Translations under genes and position numbers: made by a program | Origin: Gemmatimonadota bacterium | GTDB taxonomy: Bacteria > Latescibacterota > UBA2968 | Direction of reading: 5' to 3' | Length of the DNA stretch: 64,000 nucleotides | NCBI GenBank assembly: GCA_026705765.1 | Contig: JAPPAB010000158.1 | Location: 3,050 to 67,049 of the forward strand | The notes under the pieces: generated by a model | Told to the model about the DNA's origin: nothing | The model's database searches: none | The model's input: only the letters and a program-made list of their open reading frames with translations | In this document: positions 45,069-54,150 of the stretch, in pieces | How positions within the stretch are numbered: the first letter of the stretch is position 1 | How the letters are laid out: the number at the start of each line of letters is the position of its first letter

Positions 45069-45916
45069 TCTTTTTTACCTCCTTCACGTATATCCTCATC
45101 AGAAGTAAGCCCCTCCCGGGCGATCCAGGATCTGTCCCATTTTTGGCCGCCGATGAGGCCGCCATCGACGACGAGGGCGTGACCGTTGACAAATGCGGCG
45201 TGATCACTGGCGAGATAGAGGGCTGCATGTGCGATGTCTTCGGGCTGACCCGCACGATGGATAGGCTGTCCGCCAGCGAGTTTTTCGGTCATGAGTTGAT
45301 ATGCTTTGTCCGATTCTTCGGGCGCGAGGTCCAGCGCCGGGGCAAATATGGGGGTGGCAATGCCGCCCGGGCATATACAGTTGACGCGGATGTTGTGAGG
45401 TCCCAATTCCATTGCCGTTGTGCGGGTGAGGTGTATGACAGCGGCTTTACACGCGCTGTACACATGCGGCGCATAGCCCGTGCGAAGGCCCGCGACAGAA
45501 CCCGTGCTGATGATGCTGCCCGATCCGTGTTTTTTCATGATGGGAGATGCGTGTTTGATGCCCATGAAGACGCCGCGCAGGAGAATGCTTACGGTTTTGT
45601 CAAAACCCCGCATGGATGTTTCTTCAACAGGTCCTGCTACACCGCCGTATCCGGCGTTGTTAAAGAGGCAATCCAGGTGTCCAAAGTGTGAGACCGCGAG
45701 GCCGATCATGGCTCTGATATCGGGTTCCCGTCTCACATTGGTATGCTGGAAGATGGCGTTGGGACCGAGTTCTTCAGCGACGGCCTGACCCTTATCTTCC
45801 TGGATGTCTGCGATGACGACTTGCGCGCCTTCTTCGACAAAGAGGCGAGCAGTTGCGCGCCCAATGCCGCTCGCGCCACCCGTGATGATCGCTACTTTTC
45901 CTTTGAGTAATCCCAT
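45065..45916 (-). CDS. SDR-family oxidoreductase
   Basis: GKVAIITGGASGIGRA cofactor motif, NNAG, and catalytic YSACKAA. Confidence 0.9.
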   Translation of the reverse strand: MGLLKGKVAIITGGASGIGRATARLFVEEGAQVVIADIQEDKGQAVAEELGPNAIFQHTNVRREPDIRAMIGLAVSHFGHLDCLFNNAGYGGVAGPVEETSMRGFDKTVSILLRGVFMGIKHASPIMKKHGSGSIISTGSVAGLRTGYAPHVYSACKAAVIHLTRTTAMELGPHNIRVNCICPGGIATPIFAPALDLAPEESDKAYQLMTEKLAGGQPIHRAGQPEDIAHAALYLASDHAAFVNGHALVVDGGLIGGQKWDRSWIAREGLTSDEDIREGGKKE

Positions 45917-45982
45917 TAATAACCCTCTTTAGACGACGTTGCGTGTCAAACATATCCTATTTGGGTGATTGGATATGGGAAG

Positions 45983-46020
45983 CATACTAATTTTACATGA
46001 ATTAGTATGAAATTAGTATG
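45983..46020. promoter_or_regulatory. operator-like inverted repeat plus third half-site upstream of the SDR/sugar-ABC operon
   Basis: CATACTAATT (45983-45992), 7-nt spacer, AATTAGTATG (46000-46009) form a perfect 10-bp inverted repeat. A tandem copy AATTAGTATG follows at 46011-46020. The site lies 67-104 nt upstream of the SDR start codon (45916, - strand). Confidence 0.5.
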
Positions 46021-46053
46021 AATATCCTGGATTGACCATGTTGTGATTGGTAA

Positions 46054-46929
46054 TTAGACAAGAGCCAGGTCCTCTTGCCATACTGGTGGTCTGACGAGGG
46101 GCAGGTTGTTTTGTTCGCACCAGGGCTTGAGCGGGGTTTCGCCGCCGCTGGTTTGATATTCTTCTGTTTTGACGAATGTTTCGCCAAGTAGATACTGGCC
46201 CAATGGATCGAGTTTGTCCAATAGCGATTGGGGTTGTACGCGGTAATCTATGGGCGCGAGCCATCTGTAGCCATATCCGAACATGATGACTTTGCGGGTT
46301 TCGTCAGATAGGTTGACACCACCAGCGTGATAGGTTCGGTTTTCAAAGATGAGACAGTCTCCAGGTTCGAGATGTGGTTCGAATGCGCCTTCTGGATCGC
46401 CATTGGGAGGAATGTCGAGGGGTTCTCGCAACAGGTTGCTTCCGGGCACGACGAGGGTGGCGCCCGCATTGGATTCGGTGAGGTCCGTGAGATAATAAGC
46501 GCATTTGAGCATGCCCCGGGGAGCCGCGTGCTGGAGGTCGTTGTTGAGGCGACCGTAATCGCGATGCCAGTTTGGCGCTCGGGCAAAATCGGGCGTGCCA
46601 GGCGGGTCGGGGTGTTTGTAAATCAAGTGTGAGGTGGTGAGGTGAAGATACGCGCCGAGAAATTGCACGACCATGGGGAAGATTGTAGGATGTGTGAGGA
46701 GTGGCAGAAAGGCGTCGCCTAAGGCGATGCAGTTGCGAAAGCCATCGTAATATCCATTCTCGCGCGTTTGTCGATTTGTTTTTATGTCGCTGTCGATGAG
46801 TCGGTCGCATATTTTGAGCAAGTGTGCGACTGTTTTTTGATCGAGTGCCCGGCGCACGATCAAACAGCCATTTTCATCAAATTCCCGGATGGTTTCTTTG
46901 GGGAGGATATTCCAATTTGGGGTGAGCAT
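46054..46929 (-). CDS. phytanoyl-CoA dioxygenase (PhyH) family Fe(II)/2-oxoglutarate oxygenase
   Basis: FDENGCLIVRRALD start, then NWHRDYG and the later FENRTYHAGG..L. These are consistent with the PhyH-type HxD...H facial triad. Confidence 0.7.
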   Translation of the reverse strand: MLTPNWNILPKETIREFDENGCLIVRRALDQKTVAHLLKICDRLIDSDIKTNRQTRENGYYDGFRNCIALGDAFLPLLTHPTIFPMVVQFLGAYLHLTTSHLIYKHPDPPGTPDFARAPNWHRDYGRLNNDLQHAAPRGMLKCAYYLTDLTESNAGATLVVPGSNLLREPLDIPPNGDPEGAFEPHLEPGDCLIFENRTYHAGGVNLSDETRKVIMFGYGYRWLAPIDYRVQPQSLLDKLDPLGQYLLGETFVKTEEYQTSGGETPLKPWCEQNNLPLVRPPVWQEDLALV

Positions 46930-46989
46930 TTTTGGGTCCTTTTCGATCAGGTTTCAGGTAAGCTGCGATCTGATTAGTTGCATAATTGC

Positions 46990-48201
46990 TTACACTTCTG
47001 TTTGATTTAGCCAATATTCCACGGGTGTTGAAAGAAACCGTTCGAGAGAAATCCCGCCCGGACCGACGATTAACATGCGACCTGGTTTGAAAGATTTGGA
47101 GAAAGATTCCAGGCCGGGGAGCGAAGTAGTTGTGCGTCCGCTTTTTACTTCTATTGCCACGAGTTTCTTTCCTTTTCGCAAGACAAAATCTACTTCGCGG
47201 TTGCGCTCCCGCCAATAAAACACTTCACACGTACCGCCAGCGGATGCGTTGACCAGGTGTGCGCCCACTGCGGACTCTGTCAAGCGTCCCCAAAATTCGC
47301 GGTCTGCAAAGGCTTCTGATTGCGTCATGTCAGACAGTGCGGTTATTAGCGCGGTGTTGAAGACTTGAAACTTGGGGCTTGATCCCCGTCGCCGCGCTGT
47401 GTCACCCGCGTATTTATGCAACCCGGTGAGTACGCCAGCACCTGCAAGCAGGTCGAGGTAGTGGGCAAGTGTGGTTGTGTTCCCGGCATCCTGAAGTTGG
47501 CCTATCATTTTTGTGTAGGAAAGTATTTGTCCTGAATAGGCACAACCCAGTTCAAATAGTCGCCGAAGCAGTGCCGGTTTGTCAACGCGGGAAAGCAAAA
47601 GCACGTCGCGCGCGACGGTTGTTTCAATGAGAGAATCTATGATGTAGCGCGACCAGCGGAGCGGTTGTTCTATCAATGGTGCAGCACCTGGATAGGCACC
47701 GTAAAAAAGATATTGGTTCAGATCCCATCCGAAGGCCTCCCGCATTTCGGAAAAGCTCCAATGCGGCATGTGCAGGATTTCAAAACGTCCCGCAAGGCTT
47801 TCTGTCAGTCCATGCCCGATTAAAAGCGGGGCAGAGCCAAGTAATACTGTTTTTACCAATGTTTTTTTGCGGGTGTCTTCATCCCAAAGATACTTGACCA
47901 TTTCAGCCCAATGCGGAACTTTCTGTACTTCATCCAATACGAGTAAGGCGCCTTTTTCTGAACTGGCGGCAAGCAATCGCGCCTCTTCCCATTGGGATTC
48001 AAGCCATCCATTGCCGCGAAGTGTCGGTTCATCTGCACTGGCAAAGTGATATGGCAGTTTGCTCTGGTCAGCGACTTGCAATGCAAGGGTTGTTTTGCCG
48101 ACCTGCCTCGCTCCCGATACGACCTGAATGAATCGCCGGGGTTCTTTCAACCGCCGCGCTAACTCCGCAGCTTGAGGTCTGATGAATATTTCGTTGCTCA
48201 T
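46990..48201 (-). CDS. AAA+ ATPase (AAA_14-like N-domain + DUF4143-like C-domain)
   Basis: RRFIQVVSGARQVGKTTL Walker A and LLVLDEVQ Walker B. The C-terminal half (GAHLVN......VFYWRE...EVDFVL......AIEVK) resembles the PD-(D/E)xK-like DUF4143 module. Confidence 0.8.
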   Translation of the reverse strand: MSNEIFIRPQAAELARRLKEPRRFIQVVSGARQVGKTTLALQVADQSKLPYHFASADEPTLRGNGWLESQWEEARLLAASSEKGALLVLDEVQKVPHWAEMVKYLWDEDTRKKTLVKTVLLGSAPLLIGHGLTESLAGRFEILHMPHWSFSEMREAFGWDLNQYLFYGAYPGAAPLIEQPLRWSRYIIDSLIETTVARDVLLLSRVDKPALLRRLFELGCAYSGQILSYTKMIGQLQDAGNTTTLAHYLDLLAGAGVLTGLHKYAGDTARRRGSSPKFQVFNTALITALSDMTQSEAFADREFWGRLTESAVGAHLVNASAGGTCEVFYWRERNREVDFVLRKGKKLVAIEVKSGRTTTSLPGLESFSKSFKPGRMLIVGPGGISLERFLSTPVEYWLNQTEV

Positions 48202-48204
48202 AGT

Positions 48205-48238
48205 ATTGAGTAATTTTACTCAATGTATTGAGTAAAAT
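48205..48238. promoter_or_regulatory. palindromic operator-like site abutting the ATPase start codon
   Basis: ATTGAGTAA-TT-TTACTCAAT (48205-48224, perfect 9-bp arms) plus a third half-site ATTGAGTAAAAT (48227-48238). It begins 4 nt upstream of the ATG at 48201, where an RBS would be expected. Confidence 0.5.
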
Positions 48239-48260
48239 GTAAAGTTGTGTGGTAAGGATT

Positions 48261-48294
48261 TATCCGCAGATGAACGCAGATGGGCACAGATAAA
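48261..48294 (+). repeat. decamer array C: TATCC + GCAGAT, GCAGAT, ACAGAT units
   Basis: Units at 48266, 48276 and 48286 (10-nt phasing). The array sits at the left edge of the AT-rich segment. Confidence 0.85.
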
Positions 48295-48394
48295 ACCCTT
48301 ATGAAATAGATGGTTAGGTATCTTTAGTAACGAATGCATGACAAATCATTTGGATATTGATCTATCCTGCTATAGCTTGCATCTCGACCCCGTT

Positions 48395-49291
48395 TCACGA
48401 CCTCCCAATCCTTATCTGTCGCTGGCTGGACTGGACCATTTTATTTTTGGAAGCAATTTTTAATGGTTCTGAGTATTTAAGAATGTATTTGAGTTTTCGC
48501 AAATTTCTGCTTTCCAACTCTTTTTTTGTAAACAGTACAAAAAATACTATAAATTCGTCACAGTCGATATATCCCGTGACTTCTTGACAAGGTAACTGAT
48601 CCGAAGTCACTACTCTAATATATGTATTTCTATTATCGGTTCTTTTAGGTGAACGCCGTTCGTTTATACATAAATTTGTATACAGGGCCTCCATGCCTTT
48701 ATTTTGCATTTCAACAAGTTCGTCGATACATGAAGCTTTTTCGTCTTTATGCCAAAAATATAGATACATCCATTCTAAATTTTCTTGAGCTTTTTTTAAA
48801 TCCAAGCCTCGTTGGTAAAGACAAGCGAGGAAGCCTGTTTGTCTATTATTATCGATTACCCAACCAAAGGGGGCAGGTAATAATATGGAATTCTTACCTG
48901 AATACGGGATTGCTATCAAGCCTTGATTATTTTGTAAATCTTCGAAGTTTAACACATCGAGCTCGATCTTCTCAGGCCCATAATGGGCTCGCTTGATTGC
49001 TGCTTCCGAATATCCTTTTTGAGTTATTAATAGCCCCTGATTAGCACCTATGTCTCCTATCATTGAGATGAACGACTCAACACATTTAATATCTACTTTT
49101 CGCGAGAAATACTTTGCATCCACCGCAATCTTGATTGGAAATCCTGCAACCTCATCTTCGATTAGCATATCTACTTGGCGTTCTTTTTTTGAATAGTGGC
49201 CTATAATTTTCGCATCGTAAGTAATTTTCGCTTCAGGGTACATCTGCGCGAAATATTGATATACTTCTTTTTCGTAGTCTTTCCAATTCAT
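48395..49291 (-). CDS. Mrr-cat-like PD-(D/E)xK restriction-endonuclease domain protein with unknown C-terminal domain
   Basis: The N-terminal ~125 aa (WKDYEKEVYQYF......KERQVDMLIED.....IAVDAKYFSRKVDIKCVESF......ANQGLLITQKGYS..A) fits the D...(D/E)xK Mrr catalytic pattern. The gene is conspicuously AT-rich relative to its neighbours. The C-terminal ~170 aa has no recognisable motif. Confidence 0.65.
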   Translation of the reverse strand: MNWKDYEKEVYQYFAQMYPEAKITYDAKIIGHYSKKERQVDMLIEDEVAGFPIKIAVDAKYFSRKVDIKCVESFISMIGDIGANQGLLITQKGYSEAAIKRAHYGPEKIELDVLNFEDLQNNQGLIAIPYSGKNSILLPAPFGWVIDNNRQTGFLACLYQRGLDLKKAQENLEWMYLYFWHKDEKASCIDELVEMQNKGMEALYTNLCINERRSPKRTDNRNTYIRVVTSDQLPCQEVTGYIDCDEFIVFFVLFTKKELESRNLRKLKYILKYSEPLKIASKNKMVQSSQRQIRIGRS

Positions 49292-49405
49292 TTTGTATGT
49301 CCTATAATCAAGATTACGAACAATTTTTGGAAATTGTAATTTTTACCATCGGTAGCAGTTGTTCGGAATTTCCGAATAACTGAATCTCGCTGTAATTCGC
49401 TGTAA

Positions 49406-49855
49406 TCAAAGATGTTTTTCAGATTTATTATCCGCAGATGGGCGCAGATTAAACACCAGCCTTTTGTATTCCAGTCTCGCAGCACCAAAATTGATGAGCA
49501 GAGCTTTGTTCAAGCCTGATGCCTTGAGGTAATGAATAACTTGAGCCTCTTCAACACCGGACAATTTTTGCAAAGCCTTTAATTCGACGATCACAGAATT
49601 AAAACAAAGAAAATCCACTTGATAATAGGATTTCAGCACCTGCCCCTTATAACATATTTCCAACTTCTTTTCCCGAACATAAGGCACCCCCCGCAACAAA
49701 AACTCCTGCTCTAATGCTTCCTGATAAATCGCCTCAAGAAAACCACACCCCAACTCATTATGCACCGCCATAGCAGCCCCTATAACCGCATAAGTCTTCT
49801 CATCTCTCCTACTATCAGCCCTTCTCTGTTTTCTGTTTAAATTCCTCGCCTTCAT
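49406..49855 (-). CDS. GxxExxY protein (PD-(D/E)xK nuclease superfamily, TIGR04256-like)
   Basis: [29 protein letters not shown] contains the GxxExxY motif, and [13 protein letters not shown] supplies the D/ExK core. The C-terminal tail NLRPSADN is encoded by decamer array D. Confidence 0.8.
   Translation of the reverse strand: MKARNLNRKQRRADSRRDEKTYAVIGAAMAVHNELGCGFLEAIYQEALEQEFLLRGVPYVREKKLEICYKGQVLKSYYQVDFLCFNSVIVELKALQKLSGVEEAQVIHYLKASGLNKALLINFGAARLEYKRLVFNLRPSADNKSEKHL
49429..49453 (+). repeat. decamer array D: TATCC + 2 x GCAGATnnnn
   Basis: GCAGAT at 49434 and 49444, inside the 3' end of the GxxExxY gene. A separate perfect 10-nt tandem TCGCTGTAAT x2 lies at 49387-49406. Confidence 0.8.
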
Positions 49856-49880
49856 CTATAATCCTTTCGATCTTGCCTTT

Positions 49881-49911
49881 CATCTGCGTTAATCTGCGTA
49901 ATCTGCGGATC
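49881..49911 (-). repeat. decamer array E (inverted orientation): ATCC + 3 x GCAGATnn(n)
   Basis: The + strand reads CATCTGCGTTAATCTGCGTAATCTGCGGAT, with ATCTGC at 49882, 49892 and 49901 (spacing 10 and 9). It lies 26 nt upstream of the GxxExxY start. Confidence 0.85.
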
Positions 49912-49936
49912 ATTTGGGTTTTCTTCTGTGGATCCC

Positions 49937-51640
49937 TTATTCCTTCAACGTCAGCATCACGCGTCGCACATCCATCACCTGTGAATGAGGTACGTCAAGG
50001 GCGCGCAAGGTCAAGGTTCCTCTGCCTGCATCCAGATGGATCGTACCCAGTGTCAATGGCTCGAAATCCTTTACATAGGACTCGCCGCCGCGGGGATAGC
50101 GGTCATCTGCTGCGCCGATTAGCGGTGGGTCGTGTGCGTCGGTTACCTGTCCTTGTACTTTTGTTGCCTGGCCGTGCGCGGGGTGAAATACCAGCTCGAC
50201 GGTTGATCCCACATCTTCTTCAGGGCATGTATAATAAACCGCTGCTTCATAGTCGCCCGTTGTGCCGACTTCGATATCCCAGGTCATCCGATCGCCCACC
50301 TGGGTCCAGTGCGTGAAATAAGAGCAGTTGGGCGCGCCAGCACTGCGCTGGACTGTGCCGTGATGCACCCCGTCTCGTGCAGGCAGGCGGGTCGTTTTCC
50401 AGTAGCCCGTGGCAAAGGGACGGTCGTCGTTGACGGGCAAGACTTCAGCGTGATATTTTGCTACTGCATCTGACAATTCCGCGTGAACATCGGGATATTC
50501 TCCGGACACATCTGTTGTCTGTCCACCATCGGCGGCCATATCGTATAACTTGCCTTCTATGTCCAATCGGAAGCGCTGATTGCGTGCGCTCAATTGCGCC
50601 CGCTGGTGTGATAGAATGATGCGGTCAGCCCATTCGGGATCTTCGCCCAATAGCAGGGGTTTGAGGCTGCGGCCATCCAGCGGTTTTTCAACTTCCAGGT
50701 CGATATCCGCGAGGTCTGCAAATGTGGGCAATAGATCAATCGCTCCGGCGATTTCTTCAATGACTGTACCTGCTTGAATATGCCCCTTCCAGCGCATCAA
50801 GCCCGCCACGCGCACGCCGCCTTCATCTGTTGATCCTTTTGTGCCTTTCATCCCGCCATTCCAGCGCGCGCCATTGGGCCCATTGTCTCCAAAATAAAAC
50901 ACAATGGTATCTTCCGCGATTCCCAATTCGTCGAGTTTGTCCAGTAAGCGTCCCACATTCCAATCGATATTTTCACACAGGGCGAGTGCCGCCCGCGTGC
51001 GCACTATCTCTTCCTGGTCGGGATTGGTCGCCCGCATCTCAATCGGTTTATCGCGGAATGGCTCGTAAAACTCGTCGGGCACCTGAAATGGCGTGTGTGG
51101 GATATTGTAGGGGAGATAACAGAAGAACGGTTGACCGCGTTCGACATTTGCTGTCATAAAATCCATGGCGCGATCTGTACACTCATCGGGTAAGTACCCC
51201 TTTCCGCGCGTGAGTTCGCCATTGTGCTCGAGTTCGGCATCAAAATATTGTCCCCAGTGTCCGGAACAGAACCCAAAAAACTCATCAAATCCCCGCGCGT
51301 TTGGATGATAGGGGTGTTGCGTGCCATTGTGCCACTTGCCATAAGCACCCGTGGCATATCCAGCGGCTTTGAAGACATCGGCAATGGTGGTTTCATCGAG
51401 GTTTAGTCGCTCGGCACCCGTGCTCACGCCGTGGACTCCGCCGCGCAGATGATAGCGCCCCGTCAAAAACTCTGCTCGCGTGGGCGCACATACCGGGCAG
51501 ACGTAAAATCGGTCGAATAGCGCGCCATCTCGTGCGAGAGAATCCACATTGGGCGTGTTGAGATTTGTGTTGCCGTGTACACTCAAATCACCCCAACCCT
51601 GATCGTCGGTCAAGATCACGAGAATATTTGGTCTGGTCAT
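49937..51640 (-). CDS. Cys-type sulfatase with extra C-terminal domain, no signal peptide
   Basis: [14 protein letters not shown] and the sulfatase signature [15 protein letters not shown] (C-x-P-x-R). A C-terminal ~130 aa beta-rich extension follows. ATG overlaps the upstream stop (TAATG). Confidence 0.9.
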   Translation of the reverse strand: MTRPNILVILTDDQGWGDLSVHGNTNLNTPNVDSLARDGALFDRFYVCPVCAPTRAEFLTGRYHLRGGVHGVSTGAERLNLDETTIADVFKAAGYATGAYGKWHNGTQHPYHPNARGFDEFFGFCSGHWGQYFDAELEHNGELTRGKGYLPDECTDRAMDFMTANVERGQPFFCYLPYNIPHTPFQVPDEFYEPFRDKPIEMRATNPDQEEIVRTRAALALCENIDWNVGRLLDKLDELGIAEDTIVFYFGDNGPNGARWNGGMKGTKGSTDEGGVRVAGLMRWKGHIQAGTVIEEIAGAIDLLPTFADLADIDLEVEKPLDGRSLKPLLLGEDPEWADRIILSHQRAQLSARNQRFRLDIEGKLYDMAADGGQTTDVSGEYPDVHAELSDAVAKYHAEVLPVNDDRPFATGYWKTTRLPARDGVHHGTVQRSAGAPNCSYFTHWTQVGDRMTWDIEVGTTGDYEAAVYYTCPEEDVGSTVELVFHPAHGQATKVQGQVTDAHDPPLIGAADDRYPRGGESYVKDFEPLTLGTIHLDAGRGTLTLRALDVPHSQVMDVRRVMLTLKE

Positions 51641-53013
51641 TATATCTCCTTTTTTATTTCATCATATTCCGGATTTACACACTTATCTCCCCACTGTTTC
51701 AGCACTGGCCGCAAGCCGATTGCGGGTTCGGGATATTGGCCTTTGTCATCGGTCTGGGAAATCCACTGTGTCAGAATATCGCGGTGGTGTTGCAAGGCTT
51801 CGGCATGGTCTGGATCATCTACGAGATTATTCACTTCTTCGGGATCGGCGTCACAATCGTAAAACTCTTCTGCGATGCGTTCCTCTGCCCAGAAAAATGC
51901 CTGTTCGGGCGTCAGTTCGCCGTTGGCGTGCATGGTCCGAATCAGTTCCATATAATCCGATCCATCGCGGTACTGCGCCTGCATAAAAGGGCGATCTGTC
52001 ATAAAGTTTCGCACGTAGCGATACCGCTGGGTGCGCACTGTGCGCATGCGATCTATTGTGAAATCACAGCGGTCTTTTGCGGCTATTACGTAGTCCCGCT
52101 CAACAAAGCCTGTGCTGACATGGGGTAAGTCAGTACGTTCGCCAAACAGATTTTGGCCTTCCATGTAATCGGGCACATCGAGGCCTGCGAGCGCGAGTGA
52201 GGTGGGACCGATGTCAATGCCACTGATGAGGTCGGAGCGCACGCTGCCAGGATTTACGATATCTGTATTGCCCTGCCAGGAAATGATCAATGGGATTTTG
52301 TGACCACCTTCGTAAATAAATTGCTTGTGCCGCGGCAACCGCATGCCGTGATCGCTGAAGAAAAAAATGATCGTGTTTTCGCGCAATCCATCTTCTTGCA
52401 GTCGCTCCAGAATCCATCCCACTTGTCTATCTGTGTGCGAGATACAATCGTAGTGCAGGGCGATTTCTCTGCGGATGATTTCGTGGTCGGGATAGAACGA
52501 TGGCACGGGTACCGAGGCGGGATTGATGCCCGGTCCTTTGAGCAGGCCGATGCTTTTGCCACCCCGAAGCTGAATTTGTCCGAAGAACGGTTGGTCGTGT
52601 GGACAGCCCGACCAATCGCTTCCGTTTTTTGCCCCTTTGAAATCCATGCTCCCGTGGTGGTTAAACAATACATCTGATTCAAAGACAAAATTGTAATGTG
52701 TTTTGCCCTCGTTAAATGTGTAATATCCGGCATCTCGAAAATACTCGGGTATTGTCTTTATCCCTTCGGGTAAAAGGGGGTATGAACTGTTGTGGTTGTG
52801 CGCGCCAATAGTCGTTTGATACATTCCCGTAATGGTCGCTGAGCGCGAAGGCGAGCACACGCCAGAGGTTTGATAAGCCCGATCAAATTTTACGCCCGAT
52901 GCAGCGAGCGCGTCTATATTCGGCGTTTGTATGGTCTGGTCGCCGTAACAGCTCATCCACGGGTTCACATCTTCGAGAAAAAGCCAGAGGACATTCGGAC
53001 GGTGGTTCGACAT
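51640..53013 (-). CDS. Cys-type sulfatase, no signal peptide
   Basis: [11 protein letters not shown], signature [13 protein letters not shown], and later FFFSDHG. Confidence 0.9.
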   Translation of the reverse strand: MSNHRPNVLWLFLEDVNPWMSCYGDQTIQTPNIDALAASGVKFDRAYQTSGVCSPSRSATITGMYQTTIGAHNHNSSYPLLPEGIKTIPEYFRDAGYYTFNEGKTHYNFVFESDVLFNHHGSMDFKGAKNGSDWSGCPHDQPFFGQIQLRGGKSIGLLKGPGINPASVPVPSFYPDHEIIRREIALHYDCISHTDRQVGWILERLQEDGLRENTIIFFFSDHGMRLPRHKQFIYEGGHKIPLIISWQGNTDIVNPGSVRSDLISGIDIGPTSLALAGLDVPDYMEGQNLFGERTDLPHVSTGFVERDYVIAAKDRCDFTIDRMRTVRTQRYRYVRNFMTDRPFMQAQYRDGSDYMELIRTMHANGELTPEQAFFWAEERIAEEFYDCDADPEEVNNLVDDPDHAEALQHHRDILTQWISQTDDKGQYPEPAIGLRPVLKQWGDKCVNPEYDEIKKEI

Positions 53014-53016
53014 TTT

Positions 53017-54150
53017 TTACTCCTTTCGCTTACACTGGCCAGCGCGAATTGCTTGCGCGAAACGCGCCCAGGTTGAGTCGGAGACGATTGGAATGGGATC
53101 GACTTTTAGGGAATCTAAATAGGGCGATAGTGAGCGAATGCGATTTTTTGTCAAGGGGTGGGTTGAAGCATAGACGAGACCATCTGGCATATCTCCCGTT
53201 ATTTTGAGAAGGATTTCAAATGCTTCGACCATTCCTTTTGGATCGATTTTCGCATCCAGGATCATTTTCATGCCCCCGATATCAGCAGAGGACTCGTGGT
53301 CTCTTGAAAAACGCAGGGCACCCACCAGAGCGGCTCCGTCAAGCACGTAGTCCAAACCTTCACCACCGCCGGAAATAGCTGCAATAAGTGTGCGAGTAGA
53401 AATTTCTCGCAAGACAGCCCGGGTGCCGTGTCTTTGCACGACATGTTGCATCTCGTGTGCGATTACACCGGCGATTTGCTCGGCGGATTTTACGCGCTTT
53501 AGAAAGCCGGTTGTAATTGCCATATAGCCGCCGGGAAGCGCGTAGGCATTTACGTGGGCGTTCTTGACGACGTAAATGCGAAATGTATAGGGCAGATTTG
53601 TCGGGGCAGTCAAACGGGCGCCGATTTCATCAAAGACCTCGGTATAAATTTCATCCTGGCAGCGGTCTTCTTTGGGTGCGATATACGCGACAACGGATCG
53701 GCCAAGTGATTCTTCCCAGGCAACGGGCGCAATGTGTGCGATGCCGTCGATGAATACGGGCAGAATATGGCCGTAGAGCAGCCAGATGATAAACACAATA
53801 GAAACGAGAGAAAAACCGACAAGAGGAACCCGGTAACGGCGAAGCCTGGGATTGTGAAAGCCCGAAGCAGGAGCGCGTTCTCGAATGACCTCCAGAATTT
53901 GCACGTCGTCTATTACCAGTGCTTGTCCAAAGGTGTCGCTCTTTTCAAACCGGACCAATTCTCCACTGTGAAAGCCCTCGGTTTGACGAAAATTTCCGTA
54001 AGCCCAAATTTCAGATGGGCGGTCTGAAAATATTACCTCAAGGCCATTTGCTAAGACTTCTACCTGTACGGTATGGGGCTGCGCTGTTTGCCCATCGTAA
54101 AAGTGCGCGTGCCACATGTGTATATCCCGTGCCATAGCTCTAAAACTCAA
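53017..54150 (-). CDS. M48-family zinc metallopeptidase with N-terminal YxDG (DUF7092-like) domain and TM segment
   Basis: HEMQHVVQRH (HExxH). N-terminal AHFYDGQTAQPHTVQVEV..NGLEV block, followed by a hydrophobic helix. The gene overlaps the upstream gene by 11 nt. Confidence 0.85.
   Translation of the reverse strand: MSFRAMARDIHMWHAHFYDGQTAQPHTVQVEVLANGLEVIFSDRPSEIWAYGNFRQTEGFHSGELVRFEKSDTFGQALVIDDVQILEVIRERAPASGFHNPRLRRYRVPLVGFSLVSIVFIIWLLYGHILPVFIDGIAHIAPVAWEESLGRSVVAYIAPKEDRCQDEIYTEVFDEIGARLTAPTNLPYTFRIYVVKNAHVNAYALPGGYMAITTGFLKRVKSAEQIAGVIAHEMQHVVQRHGTRAVLREISTRTLIAAISGGGEGLDYVLDGAALVGALRFSRDHESSADIGGMKMILDAKIDPKGMVEAFEILLKITGDMPDGLVYASTHPLTKNRIRSLSPYLDSLKVDPIPIVSDSTWARFAQAIRAGQCKRKE

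Noticed and set aside
46990-49911. Considered calling the AT-rich islet a mobile element (IS, integron cassette or prophage remnant)
   Set aside because: There is no transposase, integrase, attC-like structure or target-site duplication that I can identify. Only the compositional shift and flanking micro-repeats support mobility, so it is reported as a finding, not a mobile_element feature.
49873-50316. 147-aa ORF starting MPFICVNLRNLRI (likewise 34174..34641, 3499..3813 and 61617..61835)
   Set aside because: The N-termini are read-through translations of the decamer or octamer repeat arrays, and the remainders are antisense to real genes.
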